64,000 nucleotides of DNA from assembly GCA_002269645.1 (NCBI GenBank), contig NIVC01001564.1, positions 1 to 64,000 on the forward strand, read 5' to 3'. The translations under genes and the position numbers were made by a program. The stretch comes from Macrostomum lignano (taxonomy: Eukaryota). The notes under the pieces were generated by a model. The model was given only the letters and a program-made list of their open reading frames with translations, was not told the DNA's origin and searched no databases. The stretch's first letter is position 1. Each line of letters opens with the position of its first letter. Positions 39,681 through 51,400 of this stretch are shown here, one piece after another.

Positions 39681-42600
39681 GCTGAGAGAGCCGGCCTTTA
39701 TGACCAAGCAGGAAGGAAACGAAGAGCCGCTATGACCAAATGCCATGACCAATATCAGAATATCATGTTCGATCGCAGAGATTGATCTTACTGTATGAAA
39801 AAATACATGTAGTGCCCGCTTCATACAAGCCTGCTGTCCTCTGAAAAAGCAAAGAAATATATAAATATAATGTGTATGTAAATTACAGTACATTTACTGT
39901 GTGATTATGAATGTATGAAATCGATGGGTCGGAAATCTGATCAAGATCTTACACGCATGGGAAAATTTAAGCCGGATCGAGATGTAGAGAAAATCTAATT
40001 ATTTTTCATTGTTATATTAAATACACTGATACAAAGTTTAGTGAAAAAGTTTAGTTGCAGCGAAAAGAGTTTTTGTGTTGATTGATAATATCAAAATCGA
40101 TCCGGTTCGGATTTCAACATGCATGCCTACTGCATGTACGACCTACATGATCGTGCCCGCATGTAATTGAAATGCGAAAATACAAATGAATTCGCTGTGT
40201 ACAGTACATGTACATTATGTGTATTGAATTACATGTTGATCATGATACTTGTTGCAAGCTAGAATACTACATTTGTATAAGCAAATCATAGCGACTTTTT
40301 GTTTATGTAGACACTGTGGTACATGTATGTGTAAATTTAAATTATTTTTACATGTGCATGTATAATTCTCATAGTCAACTCACATTTCACGTTAATATCT
40401 GTTAGTGCGATATCGCAATATCTACAAACTATCACTATGTCATTAAAAATTGCTACGTCATGTGTACATGTGTATCTGTATGTAATGTATGTGATGTCTA
40501 TGTAAGGTACATGTGTATTTTTGCACGGACTTGCACGGACTACTACACACTATGTAATTTTAAATGGCTTTTGGGTTCTCACGTTCTGTTGTGGAATTTC
40601 TACACCATTCTTATTATTATACTAACCTGAGTGAGCTATATTCAATATAATTTACCTCTGAACTTCTGATCAAAATTGGAGCCAAGAAAAGATTGTAACA
40701 TCAGCAAATGGGTTCATGTACATGTACGTAGGTATGATGTTCAGCGTTTACTAACTAATTGTATAAATGAAATTCTGTGTCTCTGAAGGCTTTTTACAAT
40801 AAACATACATAATTTTTATAAAAATATTATTGTTTTAACTTCATTTTTCCCAACAGAAAACTCGGAAACATTTGTTAATCTTGCTGCACAATTGCATCAA
40901 TTGAAACGAAGGGGTCTCCCTAAAACACGCCCCGCACCGCCCCAGCAGCGCTACACGTTATAACAATTTGGTTTGTAAGACTTTGCAAAATAAGTTTTAT
41001 GCTAAGATAAAAATTTTAATTAAATGCATTTATTTTATTAGAAGTAGAAAATCCTAAGTTTAAAGAATTTTTAGCAGAAAGCGCACTAGACTTGTCAACA
41101 GGTATTCAACTTTACCGTGTTACATTAGTTTGTTGAATCGTGAATAGAAAATAACACGTGCTTATATAATACGTTGAATCTAATACACTTATACACGGTC
41201 ATTTTGTTAGGAGCTCCACTCATGATGAAGCTCTCTGAATATCTAAGCTAACGCCAACGGTAAAGTAATTACATTAAGACAATTCTAAACTAACCAACAA
41301 GCAATATACACGCTTCAAGTATCTAACCAAAGAACTAGAAAACCAACAAGTCCAGGTAAGCTACTTTAGTCATCTAGCGTAGCAAAGCGAAAGTAAAGCC
41401 GTAGGCCCCCACAACAGTGTCAATAACTTAATGTATCTTTGGTTCTCTTTCAACAAGAAATACCGTCTGCCTGCTGAGTAAACGAAGTGGTTGTAACTAC
41501 ATTTCATCTGCTATTTAATAGCATAACTTGGTTAGCCTAGCCCTAGGTCTAGGTTATAGCCAAAATTTCACTCGAATGTTGTTACAAGCCTTTTTTTAAT
41601 TTAGCGGCAGATTTTGCATCTTTAACGCCCCCAAATTTTCTGGAATTTTTTTCACCTACACTTGCACTTTTTTACTCTGAATCTCTGATGTTATTTTTTA
41701 TTATTTCTCCTGCATTTGATTTATATTTAATGTCTAATGCATTATTCGATTGTATATAGTATTGATTATAGTTGGCTCATTTCATTTTTCAGACACTAAA
41801 CATAAATAATTAATTCAACAATATGCCAGTAATAAAGTACATTTTTATGATAGTAACAAATTAAAACAGCATATTTTTTCAAAGTCTATATTAACCAATA
41901 TAATTAGATGGCTTAGAAAAAATACACAGTAAGCAAAATAGCACATATTCCAGATTGAAAAAAGGACAAGTTCTAATAACAGGGAACACAAAAATTAAAA
42001 AGTAACAGGGATATATTAGAATTTAACATTTCAAGAGAACAAAAAAGTGCTTTTCAAAAATGTTATAACAGAAAAAGTTGTAACAGTGCCATTTACTTAA
42101 AAACAAGAAAAAACATTATTAAACTAAAAGACTATTTACACTTAATTAGATCTTACTCTTTTAAATTTGGAAAAAAGGCAAAAATGTTCAAAGTTGCAAA
42201 AAATATTGTTTTTTTATTCTCAAATAGACAAGTAGGCAAAATAGGCAAAATGGATTCTCAATAGACAAAATAGAAAAAAGTAACAAATAGTAACATCTGA
42301 TGCATAAAGTGCCATTTTATATGAAATTTTTCTTGCTATATTGAAAGTAAAATAAATGTTGGCATTATAGCAATGAAGTAAGTTGAACACTTAATAATAT
42401 AAATAACTTTAAGCATACAAACAGAAAAGGTTTAGACATAAAAAGTTTAAGTAAATACATAGCCATTTTCTTATCAGCAAACAATTTAATAATAATATGA
42501 TGATTAGCTATAAATGAAAACCTCTAAACTATGATCTCATTGCCATTACCATTATGACATGGTTGTGCATTGTGCACTCTTGGAATTCACTGTCCTTAAC

Positions 42601-43049
42601 ATTTTCATGCAAACAGACAGTTCAAAAGCACTCAGGTCCCAATACCTGACTCAGCACCCCTATCTAGCCTATCTATTCTCCATACTCATGAACATTATCA
42701 TGTACTCAATGTACCAAAATCTGTTTCATCAGTCAATAAATAGGCACTGCCACATGCTTTTTTCACCTTAGTGAAACAAACTTACCAAGAAACAGGAATA
42801 CAAACACAAGCTCATTGCTATACTATATACTACAAGCTATTTTTCTTTTAATCTATTTCACAGATTCACACAACTCTTTATTCAAAGTCCACTTCTTGCA
42901 GGGCTTTTTATGAAATGTAAATGCCCATTTGAAAATAATCATCAGTACTCTGCTATATATAATAAACGAGCTATGCTAGAAATTAGCTAAATTATTATTA
43001 CCACAGGACGAAAATACAACAGTTTCGTAGCTTCAGAGTTGATAGAAAA

Positions 43050-46000
43050 TTAACCTTTCGGCTGACGTTTGTATATAACTAGTCGAGCATCTGACGAAAT
43101 ATTTTTCAGCAAAGACGTAGAAGTGCTTAGCTCTGTGGTCATTAGATCGTCCAGCAAGTAGCATATGTCACCTTTTGATGGAAATACATAAGCGACGTAA
43201 TGACCTTCGTCGACTCGTTCTCCCAGGTGCACAATCACACTTTGGAGGCAATAGCGCTGATTGTTATAGTCAATTTCTGGCGTTAAATCGAAGCCCACTC
43301 GGTTCTTGACAATAGTTGCCTGGCTTCTCAAGAGCCTGTTCACGACGAAGCACAGGAGAGGTGGCGCATTTTGAGGAGTTCTGCTATGAACGCAGCTACT
43401 TGTCTGACAGGCTGTGCATGTGATGTCATCAGACTCGTCCGGTCGTAGTGCCGCATTCACAAGCTGAATCAGCTGCTGTCCTTCAACTGGTTGAACCACC
43501 ACGAATGTTTCATGCAAACTTTCAGTAGTCGCGGCATTATTGCACCGGAGACATAGGGTGGACCCGCCGAGCTAAAATAATAAAGCCAAACAGCTGAGAC
43601 GGAATTGAAAACATCGATTTAAAGTGCCTGTACTCTCTTACTGCCATCTATGCTGTACGTGTCCGATCCTGGATTCATATTTGTTTACATGTATTTGCCT
43701 CTTTTTACTACATTAGTTCCCTATGATATTGTCGTTTCAAATGGTTTCCGTTCAAAAAGTAAAGCAAGTTTCTGTACTCGTAAGTGCTTTTTGAAATTTA
43801 GAAACGAGAAGTATTACCTGAATTCTAAACTGGCGACGAATAGTCTGCAGCTTTTGAGAAATGAGCACGAAAAATTCAAAGCAGTCGTTATATTCGTTGG
43901 TATTTATTTGACCAGCCGTACAGCATTCTTCCAATGCAGTGTTGTACAAATATTCGCTGAATCCAGATCCGCTCGAAATGTTGGCCAAGAGTCGTATAAG
44001 AAAGGACGAATTCACGGCTGTTTCAGAAAAATTTCTCCCTGACAATGCCGCACCAACTGCGTGAAGACTGGCGTTGAACCAACAGAGTTTTCCATTACGA
44101 TTGGGTAGGCCGAATGGACGATAGCCTGATGTCGATAGCGCCGAAGCTTCGACAGTAACAAAACTGGCGACATGATCAGAACAATCAACAAAAGCATGAG
44201 CGGCTGGCTCGTTTATCACTGTTGGCAGTGGCGGATCTAGGATTTTATTTAAGGTGGGCGGTCCAAGTTTGTGGCGCAACATGAGTATGAGGGGCGCCAA
44301 TTTTTAAGCTAGGGGCGCAAAAAATGCGTGTAGGGGGCGAAAAATCAAGTTTAAAGGGCACAAACTTAGGTTTTTTGGGGGGGGGCAATATGTTTCATCC
44401 AGCTGTTTCGGGGGGGGGCAGTCGCTCCCCCCGCCCCCCCCCCCCTAAATCCGCCCCTGACTGTTGGTATTCGTGGAAACTCACCATTGCTACGGTTAGC
44501 AGACTCACAAGTTATAGATTCATGTGCACGTTCATGACGCCAAAGCTTATTTTGTTCGATGCGTTCCTCTCGAGAAAATCCTTTGCGTCGACGTCCCTTA
44601 TTCGATCGAGAAGCTTTTAAGATTTTGCCGATTCCTACAGGCTTCTCGGCAACTCGGGGCAATCCAATTTTTCGTCTAACCGCTGCGATATGCGAACACG
44701 ATTGAGCAGAGACACAAGAACACGAAGCAACGCCGTTGCTAAATGTCACAACATTATTTCGTCCGGCAACGTTAGTCACTATGAAGTTACCAAGAGTAGG
44801 GTTGAATGAAACTTTATGTTGCTCACTAAGCAAGCTGATCCGTGTCGACTGTTCGTTGTCGTCTAGATCGACATTAACTCGCACAGATTTGTGGCTAGAT
44901 TCTCCAACGGGCTGGTGAACAGGAGTACCAGTAGCATCATTGGACAATGAAGGCCCCGTGCCACCTGACTCATTGCTGTTGCTATCATAGAAACTCATGT
45001 TGGGACGTATGACAGTCACTTTAATCGCACCAATTTCTCGAATTTCTCGAGTCGCTGAAGTCTGAGAGTGCCGGCGTTGAATGTTCGCAGCTATTTGTTC
45101 TAACGACAACGATGGAGAGAGTGTTACAGTTTCGGGCGACTGTTGTAGATGTTGGAACTCCGGCTTTAGTGTGTAGTTTCCTTGGCCACACAAACCACGA
45201 AGAATTTCGTTCCTGTAGTATCGAGAAGTTTGGTAAAGTCCGACAATGCAGTCATCGATCGTTGCATCCTTGAAGTTAAGCACACGCTTGAGCATTGCGT
45301 TTATTGATTCTGATTGGTTCTGAGTTACACCGGTAACTGGGCAGTAGTGCGATTGTAGAATCCACTTTGCAAAAAATTTAGGGATTAATGGGTGAATTTG
45401 ATTGTCAAAATAAGCGGCAAAACTTGGATTCCAGTTTTTTTTGCAGCTTGCATACTGGGCATTGTACTGCTCGATGCTGTCTGTTTCTAGCAGGGAGAGT
45501 AGATCTGCTGAAATCATGTCTTCATCAGCCGATGTTCCACCGTTCTTGCGAATCCAGAACCGGACGTCCCGCTTCAGATGGTTCCAGCATCCCAAAAATC
45601 GGATATTGGGGAAGACAGAAGCCATCGAATTTCTCAGCCCAATTTCTCCATCCATAACGCATGCCACATTAGTAGTTGCCAATGCAGGAAGCGAGGATTT
45701 CACTTCTTGCCACAAAAGTTTGTGGCGAGCCTCGAGCTTTCGATGGTGAATGAGAAAAAAGGCTGGGCAAACCGGATTGTTAATGAAAATTGGTAATCGA
45801 ATTACAAGAGGTGAGACTAGTGCTCTTGTCATCTCAAATCCAGTATCATACGACAATAGCTGATTCCTATCGTCCAACAATAAAATGCGATTTAGCAAGT
45901 CCAGAAGCTCAGGACAGCCAGCTGGAATAGCTAAGTCAGGAAACGTCTGGATTGTACGAATGAATCCTGGTAGTTCATTGGCAAGAATGTGAATGTTCAT

Positions 46001-47980
46001 AATTTCGTCTTTTGAAAGCATATTTGGCATAGAGCTCTTAAGGTTCTCGACTTGCTTTAGATTCCGAGGATTACGCACTGGGTTGCTGCTCTGACCTAGA
46101 TAAAGTCGATATGCTTGCGAAGGAGCAAGGGTCGAAAGTTCGGCTCGAAGATTGCCGAGCACCGATGGGCTAGTCCGCATAAAAGTTCCACAGTGCTTGC
46201 GGTTTCCGTGATACACCATGTTAGCAGGTGGTTGCACTGATGGATTTCCGATATAGTGGATCAGTGTCTTGCTGAAATAAGAACATTAGAAGCAGTTAGT
46301 ATATTAAACTGTCAAAAACAGGATGCTACACCCGATTTTATTCAACATTTTATAATTTATATTTACCTTGAATCTTTAGAGCCATTAGAATTGATTAATT
46401 GATACGCTTGTCTGATGAACAAGCGGGACATTTGTCCAGAGGTGTCTCTGGACAAATAGCGGTACTTATATAGAGTTGGACGTATTCTAAAAAGTTATTA
46501 TTAATTTTGTCAAAAATTATAATTTGCTAGATTAAATTCGAAAGCGCAAGGTTTTATATTGTATATATGTAGCTGTAGCATTTTATAAAAAAAAACATAA
46601 TATTGTTCTTAAAGAACATACCAGAAACAACTTGTTTGGTGTTATAAGCATATCTTATGGCTATGTCAATGTGTTAATGGATTTATGCATATTTCAATAA
46701 GTTGATTCTAAAAATAATTTTTATATATTATTTTTGGAGACAAAATGCCAATTATTTTAACAAAACTTTTATACTTTTGGATGGAAAAAACGTTTTGTAT
46801 GAATTTATATGAGGAATTTGTTTATAAATTATATTCTTATTTTATTTAAATTAGTTCATGTACTACACTAAAGCCTATAACCTATATTATCTAAAATAAT
46901 TTTGACTTTGCTAATAATCTAGCCCCACTCTAATACAAGCTTATTTGCATAAAAACATTCAGAACAGTCAAAATCAATAGCTTTAATTGTGGCAGCAAGA
47001 ATGTACACAACTGGCAACACCAATGCAGCCACACTGGAAACCACCCAACCTTATCTAGCTGGGGTGGGGTGGTGCATACCAAGCTAGTCGGCTTGCTAAG
47101 TCGGGGCAGGAGGGGGTTGGCAAAGCCTATCATGCCACACCACCTTTTTGTACCTCCCTAGGCCCCTCAATCTTGTGCTTTTAGTAATTTTACAAATATA
47201 CATACAGAGAAGCACAAACTCTTCACTGCCATTTTATCTATTGAAATAAAAAGACCTTTTGTCTCCAGCTATTGTATACCAACATCATGCACAGGCCTTA
47301 ACAATTAATCTTATTATCATTTACAAGAGACTATTTTGTAGGAGCTAAAATTAGTTTTATAACTTATCAAAGCCTATATTAACACAATCAATTTTAAGAC
47401 TTTTAATGAAGTATTTATGGGTTAACCAATATTAATATTAAAAAGAAAGATTGTGTCAATATTTAAAATATTTATTCAAAAAAGAAAATATAATGCAATG
47501 CTAGTAATAAGACATTTACTAATAAAAAATCTGAAAATATCCAGTTTTATTGACATTAAGCAGCAAGAAATAATGTTTCTATGATCTATCTAGATCATTG
47601 GAAGCAGAACCTTGTCACAGGTATACAGAATTTACCTATTTACTAAAATTCTACATTTAATTTTACATTACATTTTATATTTAATATATAAGATACAGCA
47701 AACAAATGCTGTATAACCTAATAGAAACTGTTTCAGTACCATTTGAAATAGTGCTTTTAGACCTATTGTGTCTGGATGATCAGAATTTTTACCTCGGCAG
47801 TCGGTCTCGTCCTCCGTCTTTCCATAAATAGCCATCCGCCTTCCAGTCATCTGACTCGGACGTCGATTTAGGTTTATACAGATAAAGGGACTCTGTGGGT
47901 CTATATACAGGTGAGTCGATAACACAGGCTTGGGAGGAGTGCTCTTTTAATAGCTTTAAAGCAATAGCTGTCGATAGCAT
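43050..47980 (-). CDS. MULE transposase-SWIM-USP (peptidase C19-like) fusion, predicted ~1005 aa. Exons 47980-47793, 46486-46367, 46271-44485, 44218-43818, 43571-43050
   Basis: All junctions are GT-AG and phase-consistent (total 3018 nt). MULE triad SYDTGF / VMDGE / NQSESIN plus CWNH. SWIM CSCVSAQSCSH. USP Cys box GLPNRNGKLCWFNASLHAV, NDCFEFF box, CLRC...CTAC zinc pair, His box YCLQSVIVHLGERVDEGHYVAYV and YLLDD. Confidence 0.85.
44226..44459. mobile_element. 234-bp hAT-type MITE nested in the transposase-USP linker
   Basis: TIRs cagtggcggatctagg / cctaaatccgcccctg. Exact 8-bp TSD actgttgg at 44218-44225 and 44460-44467. Confidence 0.92.
46989..47260 (+). repeat. Dispersed repeat copy 2 (CpG-decayed), nested in transposase intron 1
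   Basis: Colinear with 16064-16340. Confidence 0.8.
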
Positions 47981-48429
47981 TTAAAACTTTATTAAGAATA
48001 ATTCATTTCTTGCAATAAAATAAAAATTAAGCTGCTTGACACGCAAGTTGCTGGCATGCACGTGCAGCCCCCATACGATAAATTTAAATGATGGTAAGTA
48101 TCAATGTTCGCTCTGATTAAAAAATGTATATATATATATAAAATTATTAAAATAGTTATTATTTTACACTAACATCAATCAGTTTTCTCAGCAATCAAAC
48201 ACTGCATTGACAAAAACGTTATAATGTGTAGCGCTGCTGGGGCGGTGCGGGGCGTGTTTTAGGGAGACCCAAACGAAGAATGTTTGACTTGCAAATTTCT
48301 GCATGCTTTTACATTTTTAAACTTATAGCCCTCTTAATGTCGTTGGTTTTTGTTGCTGTCTTATAAAAATAGAAGTAGCATACTTGAATAGAATTTACTG
48401 CCTGCTTTGATTGCATTAAACCTATCACT

Positions 48430-51400
48430 ATGTCATCGATCGATGACTTGATTCGCGAGTTGTCACGAAGTTTTGAACTTCTTTCGGATGGCGAGGCCAC
48501 GAGGTTCCAGCGAAAAAAGTCTTTAGAAACAATTTGGACAAAATCGAAGGAACACTTTAGCAGCCTCGCATCTGATCGCGACGCTCAACAAGAACAGACG
48601 CAGCAATTTCTATCGTATTCTACAAAGTTTTTGGCCAGTAGCTTCTCAGACCAGACGGAGTTGATCCGGGAGAAATCCATTGATATTGTGACCTACTTTG
48701 TACAGAATACTGAAGAACTTCCACAAGCAGTGTGCACCACCATTGTAAACATTCTCGTTGGCCGTCTGGGCCAGAATCAGAAAGATGTTGTCGAGCCATC
48801 CGAGGAACTTCGGCTGAAGATGTCAATCTTACTTGATGCACTAATCAACAAGCTGCAGAAGAATTCGCACCTGTACTTGTCAGAATTTACCCAGGTGATT
48901 GTCCAGATTCTTGACGACGCCTTTCACGAGGTTAAAAAGCAAGCTTGCAACACACTAAGTAACCTGGCTAAGCTGACTGAAGGCTATTTTCACCCATTCA
49001 CGGAGAAATTCATTAAGCCCTTGCTACATAATATTGCTCATCAGCATTCAAGAGTGAGAAAGGATGTCATCAGAACCGTTGGTGATGTCATCCAGTATGG
49101 ATCTGGAAAGCATGTTGATGATGTGCTCAGTCATTTGGCTCAAAGATTATTTGATGATTCACCCTTGGTTCGAGAAGAAGTCATTAATGTTGTTGGTACA
49201 TGGCTTTTAGATTTGCCTGATCGCTATTCATTTTTCCATAAGTTGATCCCTTTGCTTCTAACTGGACTTTCTGATGAGATTCCATCAATTGTGGAAAAGT
49301 CTGAGGCTTTTTGGAATGATATTGGTAAGTTTTTCAATTAGAATATTATTAACTAACTTATTTTATGTTTTCTTTTTAAGAATTATCTTAAATAGGCCCC
49401 TATATGAAAAATATTATGTTGTTGTATAATAGAAGATTTGCACAAGTTTATTATATTGCCAAAAATATAACTTTTTATCATATTTATATGAAATACCTAT
49501 TTTTTTGTTTCTTGGCTTATTGATTACTTGGCGCATGACCAAGACCGCCACACACCAAGACCGCCACAGCTTTTACTGGCTACTGGAATTGAGGGGGAGC
49601 TACTAATCTTCCAGCATTGCTATTGGTTGTGATGGGTTGTGGAGTTAGATGAGGAGGAAGCGTCCCAAGATTGGTCACGAATAAGTGGCCCAAAACAATT
49701 GCAAGTCAACCAGGCAATTTTAACAATATCTTTAACAAACCACAATTTGTTACTTTTAGCAGTAGATGAGCATGAATAATGCTTTTGAGAGCAAAAGCTT
49801 GAGTAATTAGATTTAACTTCACTTTCAAAAAAGCGCCTCTCAAAATGCAATTGCAGGTTGCTGTAATTTGAAAAGTTTTTTACGAGCTCGCACATTCGTA
49901 TATTCGGCGTCTGGGTGCGTAGTGCATTACGGACAAACAAATCTAAGTGTCTTGATATGTGCTATGGTATGTGGATTTAGAGGTGTCATTCATTTTGACG
50001 AAGGTTTACATGTATTTTGACGAAAGCAAGTTAACAACTATCGTTCACTCACATAACAGAAAAAGCGCATCTTAGGCCCAATGCCTATGATATGTTACAT
50101 GTCTGGAAATGTACGAGCACGAGCACTGTGTGTATTTCATTGTGTACTCAAAGCCGGGAATTTCGGAGAAAGCAAAGGGAGGGGATGAGAGTAAATTTAC
50201 ATGCACATGTAATGAGAGAATATATAGAGAGGGGTTAAGAGATCTCGATCTCTCTCACTCTCACTCTCTCTGTCTCACTCATTTCACACCCACTCCCACA
50301 CTGACACACTCTCTTACTCACTCACTCACTCACTCACTCACTCACTCTCTCACTTTTAATTCACTTCTGAATTTCAGGCACTATAATAAATTACAGAATT
50401 TTTCACACATTTGATCTTTTGCCTCCGATTTTTAAATGCAAATATCCTTTACTCTCGCGCACTGCGGCAACTTTGCACAGGTACAGTGTGAGCTACATGT
50501 ACATGCATTTTTCAAAGGGTACTGATCGATAAATACTGATTTTGACAATTCTGACATCTCTTCAAAATATACCAAACTTCTTGATACATTTAATGTAATA
50601 AATGTAATACAGAGATGCACGTATGTGCATATGAGTGCAAGGTACATGTACATGTACACGTTTTCCAATCTATCTGTGACGTTTTTTCTAGCCGATCAGG
50701 AATTATCAATAGCAGTCAAATTTTTGCAGCTGAAATCACATTCAGCGTTATGCAAAAAGGAAATATTTGCGAAATCAAAAAGCCGTTTTTAAAGCACTGC
50801 AAACTGTGGTCTGAGCCTTGCCGCTCGCAAATAAGTATTGCGGTGTGATGCGCTCCATTTATATTTCGGGAGTCCATGCGGTGGAGATGCTTGAATTAGG
50901 TGAAAAATATGCAAACTTGAAGATATCAGTGGATAGGGCAGATCGAAGGGAGATTTGCAAACAAATTGTTAGAAAACAATGGTTGCATACTTTTGCTAAA
51001 TGCTTGCATTCATCTGTTAGTACAGTTGTAGCTAGTATTGGACATGCGAAATATGCAAAATACCATAAGATCGGACCAATGGCACAATCATTTTTTATTT
51101 TAGATAGACTTCTTTTAGTCCCATCAAAGTTTGCATGTACTTCTGAGGTCATGACCTCATGCTCATGCTGTACTTGGCAGATCCAGGTTTTCGCTCCAGG
51201 GACCTCGCTTGGTTGCACTATTACACATGGGAACACCAACTGCAATATAGATGCCACGCCCACATACGCTCGTATGTTGCTCAGAATTTAATTGAATTTA
51301 ATCTGATCACACTATATTGAATACCCGCAGCTATTTTGAAATATTTGATAGCTATATCTCTAACGCCGGCCCCTCGTAAAAAATCCGTTACTATCCAAAT

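Larger units (their letters stand above)
40912..48270 (-). mobile_element. Full-length Mutator-like (MULE) DNA transposon, 7359 bp
   Basis: TIRs 40912-40964 and 48218-48270 (first 45 nt identical, 52/53 overall). Exact 8-bp TSD aaacgaag at 40904-40911 and 48271-48278. Internal transposase gene. Confidence 0.95.

Noticed and set aside
41040-41620. Possible plus-strand mini-exons (several ag|...|gt segments) inside the left arm of the MULE
   Set aside because: Joined frames stop within a few dozen codons; no recognisable product.
50818-51291. Overlapping 134-157-aa ORFs inside the second MULE
   Set aside because: No recognisable motifs or splice support.
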